Positions 1 through 11,446 of a stretch of 64,000 nt of DNA are shown in pieces (the stretch's first letter is position 1; each line of letters begins with the position of its first letter). Made by a program: the position numbers and the translations under genes. The DNA is from Salisapilia sapeloensis CBS 127946 (Eukaryota > Protista > Oomycota): NCBI GenBank assembly GCA_023334545.1, contig JAADVB010000002.1:62001-126000 (forward strand), read 5' to 3'. The notes under the pieces were generated by a model. It did no database searches. It saw nothing but the letters and a program-made list of their open reading frames with translations, and was not told the DNA's origin.

Positions 1-449
1 ACTGACTGCTGTTTTTTACGCATATATGATTGGAGGAGCAAGTTTGGAGGAGGCAATTGGGTACGCAGGATGGTACATGTTGGATAAAGAGTATGGTAGG
101 TAAGAAGAGCATGGAGATGGCACATACCTGAGAGGCTGGGAATTGATTTCTGGCGGTCGAAGGTCGAAAAGATGCGCCTCATTTATGTGCTCCTGCTTGG
201 TGCATACTTTGTCTAGTATGAGCATACATTATTCAAGTGGAAAGAGAGAAACGCGTCATCGACCAGGTGCTCCGGCATAGATCTGACGGATCCCATGCAA
301 ACGGATCGAAACGCCTGGTAGCAAAGATAGATTTTGACCATGCAAACGATATGATAAAACGCTGACAAGGTTGAGTATCGCAGCTTGGCGTTCCGAACGG
401 TCATGAAACGAAGAATCTGACACAAAGAAAAGATTTGCAAAGAGAGTGT
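1..449 (-). CDS. 5' part of an unidentified intron-containing gene running off the window start (boundaries uncertain)
   Basis: ORFs 213..533 and 16..225 (-) can be linked by a GTATGC..CAG intron-like segment; the second ends at a GTATGT donor-like site; lies divergent from TPS. No family recognised. Confidence 0.3.
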
Positions 450-659
450 CATCTGCTCATTGGATATTAGTGTATTAAATTTACACCAATCAAAAGACAC
501 CACCTTCCTCCGAAACGCCAAAAGAGAAGCCACGAGCGCATTGTGGTGCAGAAGACCCTCTGCGTCGACTCCTTTCTACATCCCACTTGCTTCCTTACCT
601 GCCCACTGCCTCTTGTATCTCTACCCACGTCCGTCTGAACACTTTTATATAAAACAAAC

Positions 660-3600
660 ATGCTGCAGCGACTGCGCCACGCCGTTGGCTGGGGTCCGCC
701 GCCAGGCACGCGACTCGAGTTTCAAGTCTGTGCACCACTCGGACACGGCCAAACAGTCTACGTCGTCGGTGACATCCCGGCCCTGGGTGGATCCGTCGAC
801 ACGCGTCCTATCTTTAGTGCATCTGATACCGGCCTAGCACTCGTCACGACGCCAGACTTGTATCCGATTTGGTACAATACTGAGCCTATTCTCGTTCCAG
901 CAGGTACTCGCCTTTGCTATCGGTTTGCAATCTTCTCTGGAAATACCTTTCTACGCTACGAAAGCGTACCTCCACGTGAATTAGTCGTGCCAAACGCAGA
1001 CTGTGCCATTAATCACACGCTCGACGTTGCGGATGCCTCGAGTGATTTGACGGAAGAATCGTTCCCGGGAGGGATGTTTGGTAACGTCATTCGTCTAAGC
1101 TCTGGTCAGGCTCTAGTCGATCGTCGAGCCACGGGAGATCAAGATAGCTTTGGTACGTTCCCGAAACGGTCGTCGTCCGCCAAGTACTCGGCCACACCGT
1201 TACAAGATACGATCCCGGAAGAGAGTACGGATGTGCGGATGACACAGGAAGAAGAGGCGCCGTCGACTCCACCAGCGCAGCCTCGATTGTCTCGAGTTAA
1301 TTCTCCGAGTATCCAGAGTCCAGTAACACAGCGCAAGAGGTCTCTCTCGGAAGAGTCTGGTAAGTCTCAGAACGTAGTCATTGAATCCACAGACGGTGTC
1401 ATCATCGTCGTCTACCGTCTGCCTGTCCTCGTACGTCGCAACGAGGACGGCGAGTACGAAATCGAATGGGAAGACGACAACCTTTTGTGTCCTTCTGGTC
1501 TCTTAAAGGAGCCAAAGAGCTATTCAAACTGGGATCGTGCAGGCTCCATGCGCATCACATGGGTCGGGACAGTCCATTGCTCGAGTCCGATCCCAAAGGA
1601 AGATGAAGATCGACTCACGAGGCAATTGGCTGAATTCCATTGCGTCCCCGTCTTCCTCTCGCCTTCACTAGCTGAGACCTTCCATAGCTATTGCTACAGC
1701 ACGCTCTGGCCGATCTTCCATAACCTTGTCGACATCTACGGGAAGCTTCCGACGCGTTGGTGGAATCCGACGGAGCAAAAAGCCTCTTGGTCGGACTACA
1801 AGAGCGTCAATCGAGTGTTTGTGAACAAGATCATTGAAGTGTATAATGACGGTGACCTCGTGTGGGTTCATGGATTGCATCTCTTGGTCGCTCCGTCCTT
1901 CTTGCTACGTCGATTGCCGAGCGTCAATGTCGGACTCTTCCTCCATACGCCATTCCCATCCAGCGAGATCTTCCGGACGCTGTCTGTACGCGCAGACTTG
2001 TTGCGCGGCATGCTATCAGCCGACCACATTGGTTTCCACTTGTACGAACATGCTCGTCACTTCCTCACGTCCTGTCGACGCATCCTCGGACTCGAGTACA
2101 GCGCCCAGTCTGGCGGATACATTGGCATCGAGTACAGCGGCCGTACGGTCATGGTTACGATCAGTCACATTGGCATCGAGCCTCCGTTCATGGACTCTGT
2201 CGATGCGCGAGAGCAAGTGCAGGAGGATACATTAGCTCTTCGAGACAAGTTCTGGGCGAATGAACGCACGGTCATCGTCAGTGTGGATCGTATCGAGCGT
2301 CTAAAAGGCGTACAACTGAAGCTCAGTGCGATTGAGCATTTTCTCGACACGCATCCCGAGTGGCGAGAGAAGCTGCAGTTGATTCAGTACGGTATCATCG
2401 ATCCGTCGGACATTTCACAAGAGAAAGAGAGTAAACGAGAGCAGGTCAAGGTGCACATTCAGCGGATTAACGACAAATTCGCACGTGATGGTGAGCCTGT
2501 GATTGCGTACGAAGAGCGTGAGAATACAGATTTAGCGTCTCGATTGCCTTTATGGAAACTTGGAGACATCTACCTCTCGACTTCTGTACGTGATGCCGTG
2601 AACTTGTATCCGTTCGAGTTCATCTACGCGCATGAACTTGAGAAGAAACCTGGTGTCGTCATCGTGTCGGAGTTTTCTGGCAGCAGCCGAGTACTACGAG
2701 GAAGTATCGTCGTGAATCCGTGGAAGCAACGAGAGCTCTTGACAGCGTTGGAGGCTGGATTAACCATGTCAGAGGAAGAGAAGCGAGCGAGGCATAAGAA
2801 AGATCTAGAGTACATTACGAATTCATCTCGTACGAAATGGGCGGAGCGGATTCTCGTCGATTTAAAACGTACGAAGAAGAATGCGACAGAAGGAGAGCAC
2901 CTCGGATATGGTCTCGGTCTAGGTTTCCGCATGCTTGAATTCAACGCCGGGTTTAGTAACTTGGACGTCGAGGCTGTTGCGAGGGCGTATCGAACGTCCT
3001 TCCGACGAGTATTGCTCTTTGACTATGGCAACACGTTGACGCAAGACCAGCGCCATGATAACGACTTCTCCAAGTACTTGACGAGGTCGCAGCAAGCGGT
3101 TAAGGAAGGGTCGGTGGTGTCGAAGGAAGAGATCCCGCCGGCATCTCCAGAGCTGCTGAGTGCCTTATCACGACTGTGTTCTGATCCGAGGAACACGGTG
3201 TTCATTCTTAGTGGCAAAGAGCGAGATGATTTGGAGAAGACACTTGGCGATGTCCGTGGCTTAGGACTCGCGGCAGAGCACGGGTACTTGTACAAGTGGG
3301 GTAGTAGCAAGGGTGGAGAAGATGACGTGTGGCTGTGTACCAAGGATGACTTTGATGACTCGTGGAAGGACATTACGCACTCTGTCATGGACATCTACAC
3401 ACAACGGACGCACGGGACGTACGTCGAGTTGAAAGGTAGTGCGATGCTATGGCAGTATCGAGATGCGGATCCAGAGTTTGGTCAGTTGCAAGCGAAGGAG
3501 CTGCATGATCAGCTGACACAAGTGCTCGAGAACTTTTCCGTCGAAGTGTTGAGTGGGAATGACTACCTTGAAGTCCGTCCAGCCGGCGTGGATAAAGGTG

Positions 3601-4223
3601 TGATTGTCGATCGGATCATGTCGACGATCGAATCGAATAACGGAGGCTTTGCAGACTTTATCCTTTGTGTCGGAGATGACAAATCGGACGAACTCATGTT
3701 CCAGTACTTGGAAGGCATGCGATCTCGACCGAAGCTGTTCACAGCGACCGTTGGGAAGAAACCGAGTCAGGCAAAGTACTTTGTGAATGACGTGGAAGAA
3801 GTGCTAGAGCTTTTGAACTCGATCACGAGGTTATCGACTGCCTCGAGTCGAAACTTGTCATTGAACGATCTCCATTCCCTCGATCGTGATCTACCTGCAC
3901 CGTACGTATACATTTTGCCTTGTCATGAGGCTTGTACTGAGTTATATTGTAGGGTATCGGATTCCGGATTTGCTCGAAGTCGAGATCGAGATTTGCTAGG
4001 CAGTAGTGGAACGTCGTCGTTTGATGCGCTCGTGACACCGACGCATTCGTCTATGTCGAGTGCAACGTTACCTAGTCGAAAGCACCCGTTGCAACAACGT
4101 CATAGCATGTCCATGAGCGTCTTGCCGAGTGCAGGTGCGAATCAGACGTCGTCAACGTATGAGCAGTACTTGAGCAACGTCGGCGAGTCGGATGACGACG
4201 GCATCGTCGGCATTGAGTTCTAA
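660..4223 (+). CDS. TPS: Trehalose-6-phosphate synthase/phosphatase fusion with N-terminal CBM20-like domain (GT20 + HAD)
   Basis: N-terminal VYVVGDIPALG (CBM20-like); GT20 motifs LWPIFH, GLFLHTPFPSSEIFR, VDR..KG, TSVRD..NL; HAD motifs FILSG, LAAEHG, LEVRPAGVDKG, GDDKSDE. Probable in-frame 51-nt intron at 3902..3952. Confidence 0.95.
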   Translation: MLQRLRHAVGWGPPPGTRLEFQVCAPLGHGQTVYVVGDIPALGGSVDTRPIFSASDTGLALVTTPDLYPIWYNTEPILVPAGTRLCYRFAIFSGNTFLRYESVPPRELVVPNADCAINHTLDVADASSDLTEESFPGGMFGNVIRLSSGQALVDRRATGDQDSFGTFPKRSSSAKYSATPLQDTIPEESTDVRMTQEEEAPSTPPAQPRLSRVNSPSIQSPVTQRKRSLSEESGKSQNVVIESTDGVIIVVYRLPVLVRRNEDGEYEIEWEDDNLLCPSGLLKEPKSYSNWDRAGSMRITWVGTVHCSSPIPKEDEDRLTRQLAEFHCVPVFLSPSLAETFHSYCYSTLWPIFHNLVDIYGKLPTRWWNPTEQKASWSDYKSVNRVFVNKIIEVYNDGDLVWVHGLHLLVAPSFLLRRLPSVNVGLFLHTPFPSSEIFRTLSVRADLLRGMLSADHIGFHLYEHARHFLTSCRRILGLEYSAQSGGYIGIEYSGRTVMVTISHIGIEPPFMDSVDAREQVQEDTLALRDKFWANERTVIVSVDRIERLKGVQLKLSAIEHFLDTHPEWREKLQLIQYGIIDPSDISQEKESKREQVKVHIQRINDKFARDGEPVIAYEERENTDLASRLPLWKLGDIYLSTSVRDAVNLYPFEFIYAHELEKKPGVVIVSEFSGSSRVLRGSIVVNPWKQRELLTALEAGLTMSEEEKRARHKKDLEYITNSSRTKWAERILVDLKRTKKNATEGEHLGYGLGLGFRMLEFNAGFSNLDVEAVARAYRTSFRRVLLFDYGNTLTQDQRHDNDFSKYLTRSQQAVKEGSVVSKEEIPPASPELLSALSRLCSDPRNTVFILSGKERDDLEKTLGDVRGLGLAAEHGYLYKWGSSKGGEDDVWLCTKDDFDDSWKDITHSVMDIYTQRTHGTYVELKGSAMLWQYRDADPEFGQLQAKELHDQLTQVLENFSVEVLSGNDYLEVRPAGVDKGVIVDRIMSTIESNNGGFADFILCVGDDKSDELMFQYLEGMRSRPKLFTATVGKKPSQAKYFVNDVEEVLELLNSITRLSTASSRNLSLNDLHSLDRDLPAPYVYILPCHEACTELYCRVSDSGFARSRDRDLLGSSGTSSFDALVTPTHSSMSSATLPSRKHPLQQRHSMSMSVLPSAGANQTSSTYEQYLSNVGESDDDGIVGIEF

Positions 4224-4315
4224 AGCACGAGGCCAGAAAAACTTGGCGTTTCCTATTTTCTTTTCTCCAAAGATTTTTATTCCACCGTTGTCTTTTTCTT
4301 TCGTTCCAAGCGTAC

Positions 4316-5469
4316 TTAGCTATCGAGATACTTTTCCTGCATGCTTGCTTCTTCCGCACCAAACGCAGTATCTTTGGCAACGGCAGATTGCCAATCGATA
4401 TTCGAGAAGACGTAGCCATTAGTCTTGTCGATGACACTTATGAGTCGACCGAGACTTTCGCCGTCTTCGATTTGAATCGGATGGAACGTAACGAGACTAA
4501 AGTCTTCGATGACATCGATCAGAGCTTCATTCATACGACGAAAGCGTTGGCTTAGTCGACTTTGGAATGTAGGTGCGACTTCCAGCTGAGCAGGTGAGTC
4601 GTCTTCGATAGATTGCTGTGGATCGTCCAGTCGGTCGAGGAGGTAGCGTAAGTCCAGCACATCCGTGTAAAAGTCCAGATTAAATGCTGTCGACACATTT
4701 TTAGATAGAGGAAGGGATTGGTTGATTGTAGAAGTGTACCTAGTTGACCGTATTGCTGCATGAGGTCAGTTTTGGATAGCACATTGACGTGTGGAAGTTC
4801 TAGTCGAACCATGGACGATAGGCTGAGTAAAACAACGGAAATGAACTTAGCACTGTCAGTGCAGTGATGGGCGTCCACCAAGTGTACGACTGAGATCTAA
4901 CGTGTATCCCGTAAGACTCACGAGTGCCTGAATGATTTAGGTAGAGTTGAATGTACCTGATACTGTAGTTTCTGGATTTTGTGGAGAATGCTATGGATGG
5001 AGGCTTCGTGTGTGTAGAGTTCGACTTGGCCTGGAAAGTCGAATAATATATATTTGCCTGTGTGCCAGAAGAATATGGGCCAAGTATACTATTATATGCT
5101 ATGGACTGTGTGTACCTTGAATTGCTTGTAGACGTTCTTCTAGCCAGTCAAAGTTCTCGTTTATAAAGTCCATGCAGTACACGAGTCCTGTCATTCACTT
5201 GTCCAATTGAGTACACCTCTTGCCTTTGCATGTACAAGTAAAGCAAAAGTACCTCCGTTCGGACCAAGATCAAGCTCTTCCATGACGTTTTCTAGACACA
5301 CCAAGTCGCTGATGTCAATGGTAGGCTCATACGGCAGACCGTCGTTGGCTGGGTCCATGTTCACGACGACAGTGTCTCGACCATTCGCTTGAAGAAACTG
5401 CTGCATGCCATTGCAATAGGTCGTTTTGCCAGAGCCTGGCGGCCCTAACACCATTTGTGCGTACGGCAT
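4316..5469 (-). CDS. GPN2: GPN-loop GTPase 2 (multi-exon)
   Basis: GPPGSGKTTYCNGMQQFL, NMDPAN, LGPNGG, LELPHVNVLSKTDL and FYTDVLDL in successive ORFs separated by GT-AG introns; stop at 4316..4318. Confidence 0.93.
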
Positions 5470-5765
5470 TTGTACTACCTTGACGAGAAACGAAGGCGAC
5501 GAGTACTGGCGGCGCGAATACGATTATTCGTGTCGGAACTTGGTGTTTTGCGTGCAATTTAGCTGACAAGGATAAATTGTGTGAAAGTGTCGATAGTAAT
5601 CTTGGAAGGTTCTATAGCAAAGACATGATGGCAAGCAACTGAGAGATAGAAGTTGCGTTGTTGCACCAAACGAATCACCACCGAGGCTGTTGTTCCTACT
5701 TTCTATCGAAATTAAAAATTAATCGTTCTAGTCACTGTAAAAAATAAGGATTTAGGAAAAAAGAG

Positions 5766-5837
5766 GGGCTTCACCGGGAATCGAACCCGGGACCTCTCGC
5801 ACCCGAAGCGAGAATCATACCACTAGACCACGAAGCC
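5766..5837 (-). tRNA. trnP-CGG: tRNA-Pro (anticodon CGG)
   Basis: 72-nt cloverleaf on the minus strand: acceptor GGCTTCG/TGAAGCC, D arm TGGTCTAGTGG, anticodon stem CTCGC-TTCGGGT-GCGAG, T loop GGTTCGATTCCC. Confidence 0.97.
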
Positions 5838-5890
5838 TTGTATGGTTGCTTACACAGAAAGTGTTATATAAAGTTATTAATTTATGAAGT

Positions 5891-7025
5891 ATGTCTAGCA
5901 AGTGGACACAAAGCTTGACAACTTATCATAAAAGGACTCGCGAGCAACTTCCAATGGCTTGGAGACAGCATACCGGGCTACTTCGTAATCGATGTTTCTC
6001 AACACGTGGTAGGTACCCACCACAGAGCAGACATAGCCAAAGGAAAGACAATGGAAAAGATTGGAGCAAAGCAAAGGCTATGCACGATGCCCTGCCAAAT
6101 ATCCGTGGGGAAGGATTATTCGGTCTGCACAGTGTATTGCAAGCACTGGAAAGTGGACATCGGTCGCCGCATAAGCTTTACTTTCGTGAACGGACAGCAG
6201 CATCAGGTGGAAGCAAACGGAGTAAGCAAGACCGTGCAGTCGTGATGTTAGATCGTATCAAGGAGATTGCAGCCGCTGACAAACTGCCCATTGGTTACTT
6301 GAGGTATGCCTATCGATAAATCTTCTCTGCATTCGTCTATTTACTATTTTTAATAGCAAATGGTCTTTGAATCATCTTACGGACAACAAGCCGCATCAGG
6401 GAGTGTTGCTGGATGCTTCTCCGATTAAACTTTCCACGTTCCAGCCAGCGGCGCCAGTCGTAGGAGACACACGATTGACAGGAATGACTAGACCGCCTGT
6501 GCTACTAGCTCTGGACGAGATTTACGATCCTCAGAATCTCGGAGCCATCTTACGATCAGCTCACTTCTTCGGTTGTGACGGCGTGATTCTTAGTGAGCAA
6601 GACTCTGCGCCATTGACACCAACGACGTCACGAACATCCGTCGGTGCATTAGAAGTGATGGCTGCAAACGGATCGCTACAACTAACGAGAGACTTGCACG
6701 AGAGTCTAGCGATATGTCGTGACCTTGGATGGCGTATCTTGGGTGCTGCAAGCGGTGCCAATGCGACGCCATCGAATCAGCTTTCGACGGATAAACCGAC
6801 GATCCTGGTCATGGGAAATGAACATCGAGGACTACGAAAGGCAGTACTCCAGTGCTGTGATGAGGTTGTAACCATTCCACGAGGTATGTGTAGCTTTTTC
6901 ATTTCTATTTATCAGGAGCTAATGCGATGCGTGTAGGACCGGAGCTAGAGGAAGGTTCACGTGTTGATTCGCTTAATGTAAGCGTAGCATCCGCCGTTCT
7001 TCTTCATACGCTACTTTTGCAATAG
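5891..7025 (+). CDS. MRM1: SpoU/TrmH-family rRNA 2'-O-methyltransferase (MRM1-like, probably mitochondrial)
   Basis: PHQGVLL, LDEIYDPQNLGAILRSAHFFG, VMGNEHRGLR and VDSLNVSVAS across 3 exons (introns near 6304-6356 and 6884-6936); basic N-terminus. Confidence 0.9.
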
Positions 7026-7113
7026 ATAGTCTAGGAATAGATAACAAGACAACAGCACATTCGTTTGATTTGGAACAAGCATTCTCTTCATGTAAGTAGC
7101 TTTTAGACGACTC

Positions 7114-10091
7114 TTAACGAAGAGAGATGGCCGGATTGACACTTATAGCGAGCTTCACAGGTTCCGAGATAGTGACGTAGTTGGATGCGAGTGGGTCAGA
7201 GATTTTCTACAGTACAAGAATTCAAAGCGAGCGTATAAGTAGATACTTCATGTATATAGAGGAAGGAATGGTACCGTAGCATCTTTTCTTGACAACATGG
7301 CTGGACATGCGATGCATATTGTTAGCGATATCTTGGTAGGATCAGACATGGCAGGTAGGCGAAGCGTCATGTTTTGCTCAAAGCTACGCCATGTACCGCC
7401 CAAGGCTCCAAAGGATTCGATCGGATGGTACGAACGATGGCCACCTGGTATCTTGCACTATAGACACACACCCATCACGATAGATGTTTCAGTTGGGAAG
7501 GAAGAAGAGTGGTCATGAAGCTATACCTTTATGACTACGGTCGCATCGTCTGGTAAGTCCTGCACCCACCCACGTACTAGGACTTGACTCGGCCATTGAG
7601 CTGTCAATTCCAACGGCTTTTTCTTTTCAACCGAATTCGGTTCTGTAAGGCTCGCCTTTGCTAATTTGCAACCGACATTGGAACGATCCAAGAGCTGTCC
7701 GAGCCACATATCCGATACCATCATTCGATATGTCTTGTCTAGTGCCTCAAACTCGATACTCTTGAGACTAGATAGCATCTGACTTTTGTCTATCCACAAG
7801 TTCATGTCGTCTGGGAGATACGTTAGGAGTGTTTGAATCGTCCGAATGGATGTATCCTGTGTATCTCTCTTGTTGGAAGCTAGTAACTGGACCAATGCAC
7901 CCATGCGTGTGCAGACGATGGTCTAGCGTACAGCATTAGAATGTAAGAGCGATATTCCCTGCGAAAAGAGAATGAACAAGTACCTGAATGAGACTGATAT
8001 GTGCGTTTCTGGATAAATGGCGGGTACGAGCGTATACGGCTCGAACGTGATGAAAGAGTTCTGAATGCAATTCCTGTAGTTTTGTGGATTGCATCGTACC
8101 TGTCTGGTTCATCTTGATCATGGTCATCACGCGCAGGATGCTATACGTTCGCTTCATGTAGCCATTGTCAGCGCATTCAGACTCACGTCTTTGGATCTAC
8201 GCACCATCAAATACAACACGGTGACCTCCTCATCCATTACACGACAAGTAGGTGCCTATTACCTCTGTAAATGTAGTCTGTGGGTTCTTCAGACATTTCT
8301 CTTTATCCATTAGATTAAGCTTATCGCCATCACTTTGCAGTGATGCACTCCGATCTGTTGGCTGCTTGATCATAAAGCTATCCCAAGCATCCTTTGGATG
8401 ATCGTTATCGACTGTACTTGTCTTCTCTGACTGTGTCAGCATCTCGCATAACGTATTAGCGCTCTCGCGTTCGTTTTCACTCTTTGAAGTCTTCTGAGCT
8501 AGACGCAATGGATGTAGTAAGCTACTATCTAACGCCACAACCGATTCGCATTGAGCACTAAGATCTTTGAGAACTGAAAGAACGATTGGATGAAATGTAT
8601 CCCATGGACTCTGCCACGTACGACCAGCGAGCAGTACGAGCTCAATCAAGTGCTTGACCATCCACGAGCTTCGCACGTCGCAACATACCAGAACGGACAG
8701 AATCGATGTTACCTCTCGAGCAGAGTCAAGTGTCGTGGCAGTCTGGTGGATATAGAGAAACTAGCATGCACGTGAGTACCATGTAAACACTAGTAGATAC
8801 AAACCGTATGCATAGAACCTACCTCTTCTCGAGACAATTCAAACTTCTTACCGTCAGTAGCGATCGTATGCTGCCTTAAAAGAAGTTTTAACGTAGAACA
8901 AATGGTCTGGAAGACTGTTGGAGCTTTCATGACAGTAGGTAAGATGTGCAAGTGTTCGAGAATGACTCGATCCAGCGCTCGGATGTTTTCTAGAGGTACT
9001 TTGGAGCATAAAACTTGGATCGTACGTGATGCTTCCATGACGACTTTCATCTCCTCGTCTTCTAGGAGAGATAGTAGCATTCCACTCGAGCGCATTAAGC
9101 GACTAGTACTTGACACATCTGCATGCGACGTAGTCTCATCGATCGAAGTCTTTTGTAAAGCATGCTCCAGCACATTTGAACTAACCGTACTGCCTATCAT
9201 TAAATGTCTCATGGATAAAGTCACCTCTAGACGAACGTTTATGGAAGAGTCATGCGCTGCCATGCAAAGAGTGAGGAACGTCTCGTCTGTTTGTGTGCGA
9301 TGGACATGCGTGAGCGGCATGTCGGATGAACTTGGACTGGTAGTAGTCTCCAGCTGCTGTGGATCGACTACAGAGTTTGGTGCATCGTTCAAAGCTACAA
9401 GGAGTCGGGCGCCAAAGACTCTGAGCTCGGATGAAGTGCCTCCGATAAGCCATTGCATCGCGTTTTTCATGCTGACTGCGTTTTTTGCTGGATCCTGGTT
9501 ACGGAATGGTTGGAATCCTTCACTATGAAGATGTAAGAGTCCTTTTAAGCATTGCAATTGGATCCCGTCGTCATGATCGGACGCTAAAATGTCCAATAAA
9601 AGGTTGGCTGCATCTGACATTCGCTTCGAGTACAGCATCCAGTCAAAGACGAGACCAAGCATGGCTCGACGTAGACTAGAATCCTCTGCAGCGCTTGTAT
9701 AATTGCGGAGTTGATCCGCCATATCGTCGGCTTGTACCATGGGCGCCACAACCGTCGGTTTGCAGCTTAGCATATCCCTCAGACTGCGCAATACGGCGGC
9801 AAGAACGACTCGACTATCACTGCTATTGCCTTGTCCATTATCCTGAGCCTGACGTTGTTGCTGGAGGAAGGAAAAGAGGTAGTCAATCGCTGACTTCGTT
9901 TTCGCGGTTGGTAGGATGGCAGCTTGCGCTAGTTTGTGCAGTAATGCGCCTTGGAGGTATGGATCCACTGTATTCTGTAGCTCCTCTCGGACAGAAGTAA
10001 AGGTTCCATCAGGTCCGGTCGAGCTTGCTACACGCTGGCGCTTGGAAGGGGGCTCCTGGTCCCCAGTTAGATGCTCCATCACGTTGTTCAT
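7114..10091 (-). CDS. INTS4: HEAT-repeat protein, Integrator complex subunit 4-like (multi-exon)
   Basis: Segments LCMAAHDSSINVRLEV..LEHALQK and SSGMLLSLLEDEEMKV resemble conserved INTS4 HEAT repeats; last exons give a beta-rich C-terminal domain ending at TAA 7114..7116. Middle exons only approximately resolved. Confidence 0.65.
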
Positions 10092-10301
10092 GATAAGGTG
10101 ACCAAAGGGTAGCTTATTTTTCAGAACTATATTTTGTTGCAGTTAAATGAGCTTGTCTTACAAAATATGCCAATATCTACCAAGAGCTCCATGACAGCAA
10201 TTCGTTTGTTTCATTCGGTTTATTAAGCTACTTCACATGATTAAAATCTACTTTATACACACTTTAAATTGAATATCTATCTTTAGAGGTCGCAAAGTGG
10301 G

Positions 10302-11418
10302 ATGAGCTACCAGCGGAGAAGGAAGCAGCGACCATGGTGGCGAATGGATGTTCTCCCGAATGCTCCACCATCAAACAAAACAGAACAATTGGAAAATGAT
10401 TTACCACCTAATGATTGTGAGCATGCAGCACGGCGTTTGGTGCAGGCAGAGTGGCTGAAACGAAGAGGTCGGCCGATGAAGGCTGAGTTTACAGGACAAC
10501 AGAAGAGGATGCTACGACAATGGTTTAATGCACTAGATACAGACAAGTCTGGAATGATATCGGTAGAGGTGCGAATATACAGTTAGCTTGTTCGCGTTTC
10601 ATATATCTTAAAAAGCTTGAGTAGGAACTGGAAGATCCGATGCTGTCCATTGGTATTGTAAGTGACGTCGGTGAGGTTCGAGCAATCATCAAACGGATCG
10701 ATGGAGACGGTAATGGGCAGATCGACTTCGACGAGTTTGTCCATTTCCTCACACCACCCTCTCGAGAAGTCGAAACAGATACTAATCGTCACGAGCTCAT
10801 GTTTCGACAGCTCACAAAGAAGATGGAGGTACGTCTCCAGTCACAGAATGTTAAAAAGAGCCTACTTGCAGCTTATTAATATTTGTTTGTTTCCCAGTAT
10901 CAAAGTGCAGGATTTCTGGACATTAATACCCAGCTTTCTATGGACAGAAGGCGATTCATTTTGGATAAAATCATGCATCAGTCCGGGACAACAATTAATG
11001 AAGAGTTGGCAGAACTTAAATCACACAAGTTTGGGAATGAAAGTAATGAGGCAATTTCGCAGCAATCTAAGTCTCCACTTCAAAGAGCAAAGGAACGACG
11101 AGAGAAACTTGAAGCACTGTGTAAACGCCACCACATGGAGGTCCGATACCAAGCTCTCGAAAATATTTTACTACGTAAATCACCACTACCGGTAAGAATT
11201 CATTCGTATCGACGGATTAAAATGCATGAGGATGTCATGATCTGTATTTATAGTCTAACGCCAGTGCCCCTGCTCTGCCTCGCTTGACCAATGATACTTT
11301 GATTCCAATGTGTAGTAGTCAGTCTACGCCTGCGCTGCAAAGTCTTTCCGAAATTACTAAAGCCACACAAGTTCCTCGACATCCACAGCGTCCATCCCTC
11401 TTTCCAACTATAGAGTAG
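10302..11418 (+). CDS. EF-hand calcium-binding protein (4 exons)
   Basis: EF loops DTDKSGMISVEE and DGDGNGQIDFDE; GT-AG introns join ORFs 10302, 10640 and 10883; final exon ends at TAG 11416..11418. Confidence 0.85.
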
Positions 11419-11446
11419 TAGTGTAAACGGATAGCTTTCGTCATGT

